This document shows, piece by piece, positions 46,968-58,186 of a stretch of 63,311 bases of DNA. Each line of letters begins with the position of its first letter. Position 1 is the first letter of the stretch. Position numbers and translations under genes: made by a program. The stretch covers positions 1 through 63,311 of the forward strand of contig JBDRNT010000012.1 in the NCBI GenBank assembly GCA_043810925.1, written 5' to 3'. This DNA comes from Candidatus Eiseniibacteriota bacterium. Lineage in GTDB: Bacteria > Arandabacterota > Arandabacteria > Arandabacterales > Arandabacteraceae. The notes under the pieces were generated by a model. The model had not been told where the DNA came from and did no database searches. It was given only the letters and a program-made list of their open reading frames with translations.

Positions 46968-49072
46968 TCATCCCTGAGCCCCGCGGCTCTGTCGGACAGT
47001 AACCGCAACGCATTGGCTATGACGATCAGTGATGCGCCCATATCTGCGAACACGGCCATCCACATCGTGGCTGCGCCGCTTGCCGCAAGGATAAGGAAAG
47101 CAGCTTTTATGCCTATGGCGAGGATAATATTCTCAAGTGTTATGGCTCGTACTCTTCTCGATAACCTGAAGAGAGGGACAAGCCTGCTTATATCGTCTGA
47201 CATCAATGCAACGTCAGCCGTATCGATCGCCGTATCCGAACCCGCCGCACCCATCGCGATCCCCACATCGGATGCCGCCAGAGCCGGAGCATCGTTTACC
47301 CCGTCTCCCACCATGGCGACCGAACCGAAATCCGCTTTGAGTTTGTGGACAAGATCAACCTTCTGGTCGGGCAAGAGATCGGCATGATATTCATCCACGC
47401 CGATAGTCTCCGCAACCTTCTTCGCAGTTTCCTTGCGATCACCTGTCAGGAGGACACTCCTCACGATGCCGAGCTCCTTAAGGCGGATGAGAGTCCTGGC
47501 GGCAGCCGGTCTTATCTCATCATCGAACTGGATCAGACCCAGAAGCGCGGTGTCGGTACCCACCCCGACCGTAGTCACTCCTTTCAAGCCATCGATGAAA
47601 TCACCATCCACACCCGGGCGCCCGGCAAAGAACTCCGGTTTGGCTACATGGTACCGAACCCCATCCACGGTTGCAGACATGCCGCTTCCGGTTATCGCTG
47701 TGGCGTTCTGAGGTTCACCGAAGTGCAGCCCCCGCTTTCTTGCCTCTGACATGACTGCACCTGCAAGCGGATGCGTCGAGGCGGACTCTATGCTCGATGC
47801 GATGCGAAGCAGCTCCTCCTCTTCAATCCCACCAAAAGGGTTTACACTTGAGACGGTCGGTCTGCCTTCGGTCACCGTTCCGGTTTTATCAAGGGCGACT
47901 ACCTTCACCCCTGCGGCCTGTTCAAGATGAAGGCCTCCCTTTACGAGGATGCCCTTCCTTGCGGCGGTTGTCAGGCCGGATACGACTGCGACAGGTGTTG
48001 CCAATACGAGTGCGCACGGGCAGGCTATTATCAAAACCACTATTGATCTGTATATCCACTGTCCTTCAAGTCCGAGGATGCTCGGTATCACCGCCATTAG
48101 GACGGCCGCGCAGACCACTGCCGGTGTGTAAATCCGTGCGAACCGGTCCACGAAGCGCTCAACCGGTGCCCTTGATTCCTCCACATGCTCCACCAGATGT
48201 ATGATTCTGGCAAGTGTGCTTTCCTCCCTGGGCTTGGAGACGGACACCTCTATGAGACCTTCCTCGTTCAGGGTTCCCGCAAAGACCTGAGAACCCGGCT
48301 GTTTGGTCACAGGCATGGGCTCACCCGTTATCGGTGATTCGTCGACCGAAGTCTTCCCGGAAGTCACATTCCCCTCAAGCGGTATCCGCTCGCCCGGTCT
48401 CACAACGATTGTCTCACCCGGGGAGACCTCTGATGCATCGACCGACACCTGCTCCCCGTTGCGTCTCACTGTTGCCTTGTCCGGAGACAGGTCCATGAGC
48501 GACTCTATGGCCTTCCTGGTCCGGGCCATTGCAAGGGCCTCGAGGATGATGGCGATCGAAAAGAGGAATGCAACCATCCCGGCTTCTTCCCACTCTCCAA
48601 TAACCGCCGCGGCTACTATGGCCACACTCATCAGGACGTTCATGTCTATGGAACGACTCCTGACGGAGCTGACCGCCCGGAAAAGTGTCAGCGGGATCCC
48701 GGCCGCCGTCGCGGCAACCAGCATTAGGCGGATGATACCCGGTGACAGGGCAAGAATGTGAGCGGCAAGGGCAGCAAGCAAGAGCCCACCGCAAAGGCAT
48801 GTAAGAAGCAGCCGTCTTCGGGAGACCGCACTCCTGAGGGTTCTGAGTTCGGCCGGCGTCTCCCCGTCAATGGGTATGACCTCATAGCCCTTCCTTCTCA
48901 GGCTGCGTATTACGGTCTTCCTGTCCTGGCCCTCATGGAGAGTGATTTCAAGAGTCGAGAAGGTGAAACTTACTCTTGCATCGTCGACCCCGTCAATCGT
49001 CTTCGCTGTGTTCTCAAGGGCACGTGCACAATCCATGCAATCGAGATCTTTGACCCTGAGCTTCATGTCCAT
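46964..49072 (-). CDS. zntA: Heavy-metal translocating P1B-type ATPase (Zn/Cd/Pb-like)
   Basis: N-terminal HMA CMDC, TGE, CPC, DKTGT, HP, GDGVNDAP, TM Lys and FADMG (P1B-2 signature). Confidence 0.9.
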   Translation of the reverse strand: MDMKLRVKDLDCMDCARALENTAKTIDGVDDARVSFTFSTLEITLHEGQDRKTVIRSLRRKGYEVIPIDGETPAELRTLRSAVSRRRLLLTCLCGGLLLAALAAHILALSPGIIRLMLVAATAAGIPLTLFRAVSSVRSRSIDMNVLMSVAIVAAAVIGEWEEAGMVAFLFSIAIILEALAMARTRKAIESLMDLSPDKATVRRNGEQVSVDASEVSPGETIVVRPGERIPLEGNVTSGKTSVDESPITGEPMPVTKQPGSQVFAGTLNEEGLIEVSVSKPREESTLARIIHLVEHVEESRAPVERFVDRFARIYTPAVVCAAVLMAVIPSILGLEGQWIYRSIVVLIIACPCALVLATPVAVVSGLTTAARKGILVKGGLHLEQAAGVKVVALDKTGTVTEGRPTVSSVNPFGGIEEEELLRIASSIESASTHPLAGAVMSEARKRGLHFGEPQNATAITGSGMSATVDGVRYHVAKPEFFAGRPGVDGDFIDGLKGVTTVGVGTDTALLGLIQFDDEIRPAAARTLIRLKELGIVRSVLLTGDRKETAKKVAETIGVDEYHADLLPDQKVDLVHKLKADFGSVAMVGDGVNDAPALAASDVGIAMGAAGSDTAIDTADVALMSDDISRLVPLFRLSRRVRAITLENIILAIGIKAAFLILAASGAATMWMAVFADMGASLIVIANALRLLSDRAAGLRDD

Positions 49073-49179
49073 GTCGGTTTTATCCCTTGCGAACCATCCA
49101 ACGTACCTTATACTACTCCATACGTCGGCGTCTAGTGACGCACAGATAACAGTATGAGATTAGACTGAGAAATCAAGCC

Positions 49180-50211
49180 GTGTCCAACGAAAAACCTCGG
49201 GTGTCAGTGATCATACCCAATCTCAACGGCAAGAAGCTTGTCGGGGAGTGCCTGGCTTCGCTCGAGCGCCAGTCTTTCAAGGATTTCGAAGTCATACTGG
49301 TTGACAACGGAAGCGCGGATGGATCGGTCGGGTATGTCAGGGGCGAATTCCCCTGGCTTGATAAGATAATCGAGAACACATCCAACCTGGGCTTCGCAAA
49401 GGCATGCAATCAGGGGATTGAGTTGTCATCAGGTGAATACATAGCCCTCTTAAACAACGACACCGAAGCCCATCCCTCCTGGCTCGCCGAACTTGTCAGA
49501 GTTGCCGGTGAGAATCCGGATGCAGGTATGTTCGCATGTAAGACACTGGCTTATGACAAGCGTGACATCATCGATACTGCGGGGCACCTCATCTATCCCG
49601 ACGGTCTCAACAGGGGTAGGGGGCGGCTTGAGGTTGACCGGGGACAGTACGACGAGAAGACGGATGTCTTCTTTCCCAGTGGATGCGCTGCCCTCTACCG
49701 TAAGAAGATGTTCGATGAGATCGGTCTCTTCGACGAGCACCACTTTGCTTACGGTGATGACACCGACGTTGGAATAAGAGGCAGGCTTGCCGGCTGGAAG
49801 TGCATCTTCGTTCCTGGATCGATCGTCTACCACAGGTACTCAATGACCACCGGTGAGTACTCACCGGGGAAAGCCTACCTTGTTGAGCGAAACAGGATCT
49901 GGATCGTCTGGAAGTACTTCCCGATGAAATACCTTCTGTTGAGTCCCTTTTATGCTCTGGCGAGATACATCTTTCAGCTCTACGGTGTTCTAACGAGCAA
50001 GGGGGCGGCAGGTAAGTCGGCAAGTCAGTATTCGGTCTGGAGCCTTGTCGCCGGCGTCATCAAGGCATATGTCTCTGCATTCGCAGGTGCGCCACGGGTC
50101 TGGGGCGAGCGCAAGCGAATGATGAAGCTTAAGAAAGTGCCGGACTCTGAGATAGACCGCTGGTTTAAGGATTACCGGATGTCCGTCCGCGAGATCGCCC
50201 TCAAAGACTGA
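49180..50211 (+). CDS. Glycosyltransferase family 2
   Basis: VSVIIPN, VDNGSADGS, NLGFA..CNQG, LLNND, YGDDTD. Confidence 0.93.
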   Translation: MSNEKPRVSVIIPNLNGKKLVGECLASLERQSFKDFEVILVDNGSADGSVGYVRGEFPWLDKIIENTSNLGFAKACNQGIELSSGEYIALLNNDTEAHPSWLAELVRVAGENPDAGMFACKTLAYDKRDIIDTAGHLIYPDGLNRGRGRLEVDRGQYDEKTDVFFPSGCAALYRKKMFDEIGLFDEHHFAYGDDTDVGIRGRLAGWKCIFVPGSIVYHRYSMTTGEYSPGKAYLVERNRIWIVWKYFPMKYLLLSPFYALARYIFQLYGVLTSKGAAGKSASQYSVWSLVAGVIKAYVSAFAGAPRVWGERKRMMKLKKVPDSEIDRWFKDYRMSVREIALKD

Positions 50212-50264
50212 GGCTCTCTTCAGCGCACTCTTCATAATTCCGGTGACACCATACTTAATTATCG

Positions 50265-50320
50265 GCAGCGTCGGGGTCCACCCCCGACATAACGGCAGTC
50301 GCCGCAGGATCGACGACGCT
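50265..50320. repeat. REP-like element related to 14696-14756
   Basis: GCAGCGTCGGGG...GTCGCCGCAGGATCGACGACGCT aligns with the 14697 copy. Confidence 0.55.
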
Positions 50321-50391
50321 TAAGGCTGAGATGGGGTCGCAAAGATGGGGTCTGACCCCGGGTTAACGGGGTCTGGCCTCGTATTTTTAGC

Positions 50392-50420
50392 TTGACTACT
50401 GCACATTTGTGCAGTAGTCT
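50392..50420 (+). promoter_or_regulatory. lexA promoter with overlapping LexA box
   Basis: TTGACT-N17-TAGTCT overlapped by perfect palindrome GACTACTGCACA-TT-TGTGCAGTAGTC (50394-50419), core TGCAC-N4-GTGCA. Confidence 0.85.
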
Positions 50421-50426
50421 GGAAGT

Positions 50427-51032
50427 ATGGATAGAAAAGGCCAGATCTACCGGTACATCAAGACAGAAATCTCTGACAAGGGTCTCCCACCGACCATCAG
50501 GGAGATAGGAAGCCGGTTCAATATCTCCTCAACCAATGGAGTGAGATACTTCCTGAACAAGCTTGAGGATGACGGTTTGATTGAGCGCCAAAACAGGACA
50601 GCCAGGGGAATAAAAGTGATTGAAAGGCTACATGCCCTCACCGGTACACCGGTTCCCATCCTTGGCCGTGTTCCTGCGGGTAAGCCGTCGTTTTCGGAGG
50701 AAAACGTCGAAGACACTATTCTTCTCGACAGCAATTTAGCCAGGGGTCCCGGCGTGTTCGCTGTCAGGGTCCACGGCGACAGCATGGTCGGCGCAGGTAT
50801 AAATGATGGAGACATCGCAGTTGTGAAACCGAATCCGTTGCCTCAAAGCGGTGAGATAGTGGTTGCTCTTATCGAAGATGAAGTGACCTTGAAACGGATC
50901 ATAAAGAGAGGTCGGGAAGTGATCCTCAGACCCGAAAACGATGACTATCCCGAGATGAACCTTACGAAACTCGGACATGACCGCATAAGGATACTAGGCT
51001 CCGTTCTTACAATCATAAGAAGGTTCTATTGA
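50427..51032 (+). CDS. lexA: SOS repressor LexA
   Basis: wHTH PPTIREIG, cleavage site VPAG, catalytic Ser GDSM and Lys VTLKR. Confidence 0.96.
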   Translation: MDRKGQIYRYIKTEISDKGLPPTIREIGSRFNISSTNGVRYFLNKLEDDGLIERQNRTARGIKVIERLHALTGTPVPILGRVPAGKPSFSEENVEDTILLDSNLARGPGVFAVRVHGDSMVGAGINDGDIAVVKPNPLPQSGEIVVALIEDEVTLKRIIKRGREVILRPENDDYPEMNLTKLGHDRIRILGSVLTIIRRFY

Positions 51033-52192
51033 TGAGAAGAATATTCTTCCATCTTGATATGGATGCCTTCTTCTCGGCCATCGAGCAGTTGTCTAATCCT
51101 TCTCTAAAAGGGAAACCGGTTATTATTTGTGGCGATCCCCACAGGAGAAGTGTTGTATCAACAGCTTCTTATGAGGCAAGGAAGTACGGGCTGAAATCAG
51201 GTATGCCCATTGGTGAGGCGAGAAGACTTTGCCCTCATGGGATTTACGTAACAGGCAACCCGAAGAAATACGTTTATACATCGGTTCAGATTCTTAACAC
51301 GCTCCGGGAATTCACTTCTCTCGTCGAGCCCTTTAGTGTTGATGAAGCCTTCCTTGAATTTCATGATCTTGGACTTGATGAAACACCCCGTGTGGCGAAC
51401 GCAATAAAACAGAAGATAAGACAGCGTTTCGGGTTGACCTGTTCGATAGGGGTGGGTCCGAATAAGATAGTTGCCAAGATGGCGTCGGAGATAGAGAAAC
51501 CCGATGGGTTCACGATTATAGAGGAAGGTAAGTTCCTCGATTACTTCGGCGATAAAGAAGTCAGGACCCTGTGGGGGATTGGTGAGAAGACATCTGAGAA
51601 GCTTAATGCCCTGGGGGTAAGAACCATATGTGACCTGGCTCAATTCCCCGAGAAGACCCTCACGACTATTTTCGGGGAGTACGGTACTTATCTGAAGATG
51701 ACGGCAAACGGCAGGGATGAGTCTCCACTTGTTCCCTACTTTGAAGGCATAGAGCCTAAGTCCATAGGCCATGAGTACACCCTGTCCTCCGATACCTCGG
51801 ATCAGCGATTCCTGGTTTCCACACTCTTAAGATTATCCGAACAGGTTGGAAGGCGGATGAGGAAGAACGGATACGTTTGCGATACCGTTACCGTGAAGAT
51901 AAGGTATAAGGACTTTAAGACACTGACGAGACAGCACAGGCAGGATAAGTTTATTGAGCGGGATGATATGATATTTGAAAGAGCCAGGAAGCTGTTTCTT
52001 ACGAACTACAATGGAGATGAGATCAGGCTCCTGGGTGTCAGTGCCTCCGGTTTGATCAAGAAAGACAGTTACAGGATCGACCCGATGTTTTCAATTGATC
52101 GAAGGAAAGATGTATTCGTCCAGGTCGCGGATTCTATAAAGGATAGGTTCGGAGAGGAATCCATTAAACGAGGTGGGAGCTTCCGAACCTGA
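51029..52192 (+). CDS. dinB: DNA polymerase IV
   Basis: HLDMDAFF, STASYEARKYG, SVDEAF, AKMAS..KPDG, LWGIG, IRLLGV. Confidence 0.95.
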   Translation: MMRRIFFHLDMDAFFSAIEQLSNPSLKGKPVIICGDPHRRSVVSTASYEARKYGLKSGMPIGEARRLCPHGIYVTGNPKKYVYTSVQILNTLREFTSLVEPFSVDEAFLEFHDLGLDETPRVANAIKQKIRQRFGLTCSIGVGPNKIVAKMASEIEKPDGFTIIEEGKFLDYFGDKEVRTLWGIGEKTSEKLNALGVRTICDLAQFPEKTLTTIFGEYGTYLKMTANGRDESPLVPYFEGIEPKSIGHEYTLSSDTSDQRFLVSTLLRLSEQVGRRMRKNGYVCDTVTVKIRYKDFKTLTRQHRQDKFIERDDMIFERARKLFLTNYNGDEIRLLGVSASGLIKKDSYRIDPMFSIDRRKDVFVQVADSIKDRFGEESIKRGGSFRT

Positions 52193-52207
52193 CCCTCCCG
52201 GTCGAAG

Positions 52208-54538
52208 ATGGAAAAAACATCGCACATATCGAGCTTCCTTGAGAGTATCCAATCCTCGGATGGATACAAAGGGCAGATCGCACACATTAACCAGATCCCT
52301 CCCAAAGATGCCGTTTATCAGGATCCTCAAACTCCGATTTCACCTGTGGTCAGATCTGCACTGGACGTCATGGGTATTTCATCTTTCTATTCTCACCAGG
52401 CAAAGGCCATCGATCTCATATCCGGCGGGAAGAACACCGCCATAGTCACTTCTACTGCCAGCGGCAAGACAATCTGCTACAATGTCCCTGTCCTTGAATC
52501 GCTTCTTGCTGATCCCAAGGCCACTGCCCTGTTCCTGTTTCCCACCAAGGCACTTGCTCAGGACCAGTTGAGAGTACTAAGTCACTTCTGCTCGGCCCAT
52601 CAGGCGCTTCGGGATGTCGTTCGGGCGGGAACCTATGACGGGGATACACCCAGAGAGAGCAGGAGAAAACTCAGGAACGAAGCCAATGTAATTCTTACGA
52701 ATCCGGACATGCTTCACCAGGGGATTCTCCCGTACCATTCACGGTGGAGCAGGTTCTTCTCGAGCCTTCGCTATGTGGTCGTCGATGAGATGCACACCTA
52801 CCGGGGGATCTTCGGATCGAATGTTGCCAATGTCTTAAGAAGGCTCAGGCGGATACTCAAACACTACGGGGCAAATCCGACCTTCGTCCTTTGCTCCGCG
52901 ACGATTGCGAACCCGGATGAGCTTGCCCGGACGCTGATCGGGGATACCTGTGAGGTGATATCAGATGACGGTTCACCGCGTGGGCCCAAGTTGTTCGTGC
53001 TGTGGAATCCTCCATTTCTCGGGGCAGGCAGCATGGAACGCAAGAGCTCCAATGTTGAGGCTCATGAGCTGATGGTGAGGTTGATGGAGGAAGGTATTCA
53101 GACGATAACCTTCACCAAGGCGCGGGTTGTGGCGGAGCTCGTGCTCCGTTACGTCCGGGACTCTCTATCAAGAAGGAATCCCCAGCTCGTAAGTAAGGTC
53201 AGTGCATACAGGGCGGGATATCTTCCGGAGGAGCGAAGGGCGATCGAAAAGGCCTTATTCTCCGGAGAACTGCTCGGGGTGGCGAGCACAAATGCGCTTG
53301 AGCTTGGAATCGATGTCGGGGGTCTCGACGCTTCGATCATCGTTGGTTTCCCGGGCACAATCGCCTCGACCTGGCAGCAGGCCGGAAGGGCGGGGCGAAA
53401 GACCGACGAGGCTCTGGTTCTGTTCGTTGCCTACAACGATCCCATAGACCAGTATCTAATGAGGCACCCGGATTACTTCTTCGGGCAAACACCGGAACAC
53501 GCCGTTATAGATCCGGTTAACCCTTACATACTTGCAGGACACCTGAGTTGCGCGGCATTCGAACTTCCGCTTTCAGATGAAGACGAAGCGATCTTCGGCA
53601 CACTCACCCAGCCGGTGATGACAGTGCTTGAGGATGTTAAGAAGGTCAAGAAGATCGATGACCGCACTTACTGGGCGACGACCGAGTTCCCGGCTGCAGG
53701 TGTCGGCCTAAGGACGATATCCGACGACACGTTTACGATAGTGGATAGGACGGGCACCGAAAGTGTGATCGGGGTTGTTGATGCCATAAGCGCGCCCGAG
53801 CTTGTCTATCCCGAAGGTGTATACATGCACGATGGCGCGACCTACCTCGTAAGAGAGCTCGACCTCGGGGGGAAGGTCGCCTATGTGGAGAGAAAAGAAG
53901 TCGACTACTACACGCAGCCGATACTAGACTCTTCCATAAGGATCAAGGCCGAGCGGAAAACGGCGAACTGGTGCGATCTGAATGTCTCCTACGGCGATGC
54001 TACCGTAAGCTGGAAGACAACGTCGTTTAAGAAGATCAAGTTCTACAGCCTGGATTCGATCGGCTACGGTTCGGTGGATATCCCCACCCAGCACCTTGAA
54101 ACCGTCTCGTTGTGGTTGTGTCCCGATAAGGAGGTCGTATCCTACCTGAGAAAGAAGGGCAAGAACCCGGTTGAAGGACTTGTCGCGCTCAAGAATGTGT
54201 TGATAAACATCCTCCCGCTCTTCGTGATGTGTGACAGGAAGGATATCGGTGGCATAGTCGAATCGAGCAATCTCGGGAGTCCGGCGATCTTTCTCTATGA
54301 CAGGTTCAAGGGCGGGCTGGGTTTCTGCGAGAAGGGCTATGGCTTGCTGCCGGCGATAATCCGCGAGGTACTTCATGTCATAGAGGACTGCCCCTGTGAA
54401 AACGGCTGTCCATCCTGTGTCGGGTTGCCGGTCCTCATACCTGCTCAGCACCAGGATCCCGATCCCGGCCATGGCTTTCCGATTCCGGACAAAGAAGCTG
54501 CGGTCTTGCTTGTCAGGAGAATCATCGACAATGCTTGA
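52208..54538 (+). CDS. mrfA: DEAD/DEAH helicase with DUF1998 C-terminal domain (MrfA/YprA family)
   Basis: TASGKT, FPTKALAQDQ, DEMH, SATIANP, TNALELGID, QQAGRAGR, CPCENGCPSC. Confidence 0.9.
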   Translation: MEKTSHISSFLESIQSSDGYKGQIAHINQIPPKDAVYQDPQTPISPVVRSALDVMGISSFYSHQAKAIDLISGGKNTAIVTSTASGKTICYNVPVLESLLADPKATALFLFPTKALAQDQLRVLSHFCSAHQALRDVVRAGTYDGDTPRESRRKLRNEANVILTNPDMLHQGILPYHSRWSRFFSSLRYVVVDEMHTYRGIFGSNVANVLRRLRRILKHYGANPTFVLCSATIANPDELARTLIGDTCEVISDDGSPRGPKLFVLWNPPFLGAGSMERKSSNVEAHELMVRLMEEGIQTITFTKARVVAELVLRYVRDSLSRRNPQLVSKVSAYRAGYLPEERRAIEKALFSGELLGVASTNALELGIDVGGLDASIIVGFPGTIASTWQQAGRAGRKTDEALVLFVAYNDPIDQYLMRHPDYFFGQTPEHAVIDPVNPYILAGHLSCAAFELPLSDEDEAIFGTLTQPVMTVLEDVKKVKKIDDRTYWATTEFPAAGVGLRTISDDTFTIVDRTGTESVIGVVDAISAPELVYPEGVYMHDGATYLVRELDLGGKVAYVERKEVDYYTQPILDSSIRIKAERKTANWCDLNVSYGDATVSWKTTSFKKIKFYSLDSIGYGSVDIPTQHLETVSLWLCPDKEVVSYLRKKGKNPVEGLVALKNVLINILPLFVMCDRKDIGGIVESSNLGSPAIFLYDRFKGGLGFCEKGYGLLPAIIREVLHVIEDCPCENGCPSCVGLPVLIPAQHQDPDPGHGFPIPDKEAAVLLVRRIIDNA

Positions 54539-55304
54539 AGAGTCGATAAGACAGCGAATTGAGAATCTGCGACTTGTACTGCGCGAAAGGACCTCCAGAG
54601 AGTTCACCGCGGATACGAGTCACGAGCCGCTCTCCGTCGAAGATCTCGAAGATGCAAGCGAGGTAACGTGCTGCAAGGGTGGATGCCTTCTAATCGAAAA
54701 GCAAGTTGACCGGTATCTGAGCAGCGAGGCTCTTGAGGGTGCTGCTGAGATACTTCTTGAAGGTGACGGATCAGCACCGTCGTTTATCTTCCTCGATCTT
54801 GAGACCACCGGGTTTTCGGCCACACCTCTGTTTCTTGCCGGGACCCTCTTCATAAAGGACGGCCATGTAATGCTGATGCAGTTTCTTGCGCGTGATTACT
54901 CCGAGGAAGGGGCAATCATAGCCATGCTCGATGAACTTCTCACGGGATTTAACTTCTGTGTCACATTCAACGGTAAGTCTTTTGACGTACCCTACGTCAG
55001 GGAGCGTGCCAAGTACCACAAGATCGAGCTTAAGGCCGCGCCCCGGCAGTTCGATCTTCTTCACCCCGCAAGGCGAATGTGGAAACATTCTCTGCCAAAT
55101 TGTAGACTCGTGACCCTTGAGTGGCATATCCTCGGCAGAAGACGGATAGGGGATGTGCCCGGTTGGGAAGTCCCTTGCATTTATCACGACTTTGTGCATA
55201 CTAAGGATGCAAGGAAGCTCAGGGACGTTTTGAGGCACAATCTTATTGACGTTGTCTCAATGGCGGAGTTGTTTGTAAATCTTGCGGGGGCCGCAACGTG
55301 TTGA
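54531..55304 (+). CDS. mrfB: RNase_H_2 / DEDDh exonuclease (MrfB/YprB family)
   Basis: FLDLETTG, TFNGKSFDVP, DLLHPARRMW, HNLID; ATG 54531 overlaps the mrfA stop. Confidence 0.85.
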   Translation: MLEESIRQRIENLRLVLRERTSREFTADTSHEPLSVEDLEDASEVTCCKGGCLLIEKQVDRYLSSEALEGAAEILLEGDGSAPSFIFLDLETTGFSATPLFLAGTLFIKDGHVMLMQFLARDYSEEGAIIAMLDELLTGFNFCVTFNGKSFDVPYVRERAKYHKIELKAAPRQFDLLHPARRMWKHSLPNCRLVTLEWHILGRRRIGDVPGWEVPCIYHDFVHTKDARKLRDVLRHNLIDVVSMAELFVNLAGAATC

Positions 55305-55939
55305 TATTTCTTGTCAGGCATGCCGAATCGACCTGGAATCGTCTCAAGAAGATCCAGGGCCAAAAAGATCCCCAGTTGAGTCCTTACGGAAAGAAGGAAG
55401 CGAAACTGCTTGCCCGGAGGTTCAAGGGCCTCACCTTCGATGCCGTCTATGTGAGCCCGCTGTGCCGGGCGCAGCAGACGGCCGAGCTGACGGCCGGCAA
55501 GCGGACCGAGATCACCGTCGATGATGGACTCCTGGAAATCTGTCTCGGGGACTGGGAGGGGAAGACGCTGGCCCAGATAAGGAAGAAATACGGCGAGTCA
55601 TTCGATCGGTGGGCCGTGAGACCGAGCCGGATAGCGATCCCGCACGGGGAGGACTTCAAGGCCTTTGTGAGCAGAGTGAGACGCACGCTCCGGAAGATAG
55701 AACGAAGGCACCCCGAAGGAAACGTACTGGTGGTGTGCCATGGTGGGGTGATCTCCACGTATGCCACGCTTGTGCTCAACCTGCCCCCGGATGACGTATG
55801 GTGCCTCACGGTTAAGAACGCCTCGCTGACCATCGTCGAGGCCGGCAAAGACATACATAAGTTGGTGACATTCAATGACATAAGTCATCTCATAAGTCTC
55901 AAAGAGATCAAGATGACGGACGTTACCCATGTCGACTGA
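55298..55939 (+). CDS. Histidine phosphatase family protein
   Basis: LVRHAES, SPL.RAQQTA, EI..GDWEG, VCHGG. Confidence 0.93.
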   Translation: MLIFLVRHAESTWNRLKKIQGQKDPQLSPYGKKEAKLLARRFKGLTFDAVYVSPLCRAQQTAELTAGKRTEITVDDGLLEICLGDWEGKTLAQIRKKYGESFDRWAVRPSRIAIPHGEDFKAFVSRVRRTLRKIERRHPEGNVLVVCHGGVISTYATLVLNLPPDDVWCLTVKNASLTIVEAGKDIHKLVTFNDISHLISLKEIKMTDVTHVD

Positions 55940-56666
55940 GCAAGCATCGAAATATCCGCATATGATTATATGTATTCTGCTCCTGGCGGCCGTCCTTGCT
56001 TCCGGGTCGTCCTGTCAGAAGCGGCCGGCGGAGGACTATGATGCTGCCAGGCGCCGGATGGTGGAGAAGCAGATCATAGCGAGGGGGATCGATGACCAGT
56101 GTGTCATAAACGCGATGCTCAAGGTACCGAGGCACCTCTTTGTGCCTGAGGACTACAGGCACTACGCCTACTCGGACACGCCCGTTCCAATCGGCCACGG
56201 CCAGACCATCAGCCAGCCCTATATCATAGCTCTGATGACTGAGGAGCTCAACGTCAGCAACGCCGACCGTGTACTTGAAATCGGTACGGGATCCGGCTAT
56301 CAGGCGGCCGTACTGGCTGAGATAGTCAAGGAGGTCTACAGCATCGAGATCGTTGGGCCTCTCGGTGAATCCGCCGAAGCCAGGCTCAAGGAACTCGGCT
56401 ACGAAAACGTCAGTATCACTGTGGGTGACGGATACCTTGGATGGCCGGAGCATGCGCCATTTGACCGCATTATCGTCACCTGCGCTCCGACCGATATCCC
56501 GGAACCGCTTGTCGATCAGCTCAAGGAAGGCGGGATAATGATGATCCCTGTCGGAACGGCAGGGTTCCAGTATCTTTACCGGGTCAAGAAGTACATGGGT
56601 GAAGCCGAGACTGAGAAAGTGATCCCTGTCAGTTTCGTTCCTCTTACGGGTCCGAATGCGGAGTGA
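55929..56666 (+). CDS. pcm: Protein-L-isoaspartate O-methyltransferase with N-terminal lipoprotein-like signal
   Basis: VPRHLFVP, GQTISQP, VLEIGTGSGYQAA, APFDRIIVT, FVPL. Confidence 0.95.
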   Translation: MSTEQASKYPHMIICILLLAAVLASGSSCQKRPAEDYDAARRRMVEKQIIARGIDDQCVINAMLKVPRHLFVPEDYRHYAYSDTPVPIGHGQTISQPYIIALMTEELNVSNADRVLEIGTGSGYQAAVLAEIVKEVYSIEIVGPLGESAEARLKELGYENVSITVGDGYLGWPEHAPFDRIIVTCAPTDIPEPLVDQLKEGGIMMIPVGTAGFQYLYRVKKYMGEAETEKVIPVSFVPLTGPNAE

Positions 56667-58151
<1,485 letters not shown>

Positions 58152-58186
58152 CGCCTGCGTCAGCAGGCCGCCGGAAGGATACGTTC

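Noticed and set aside
52208-54538. DISARM/Druantia-type defence helicase (DUF1998)
   Set aside because: The context (MrfB-like exonuclease, lexA-dinB) and single-chain helicase+DUF1998 layout fit MrfA repair; no drm or dru partner genes.
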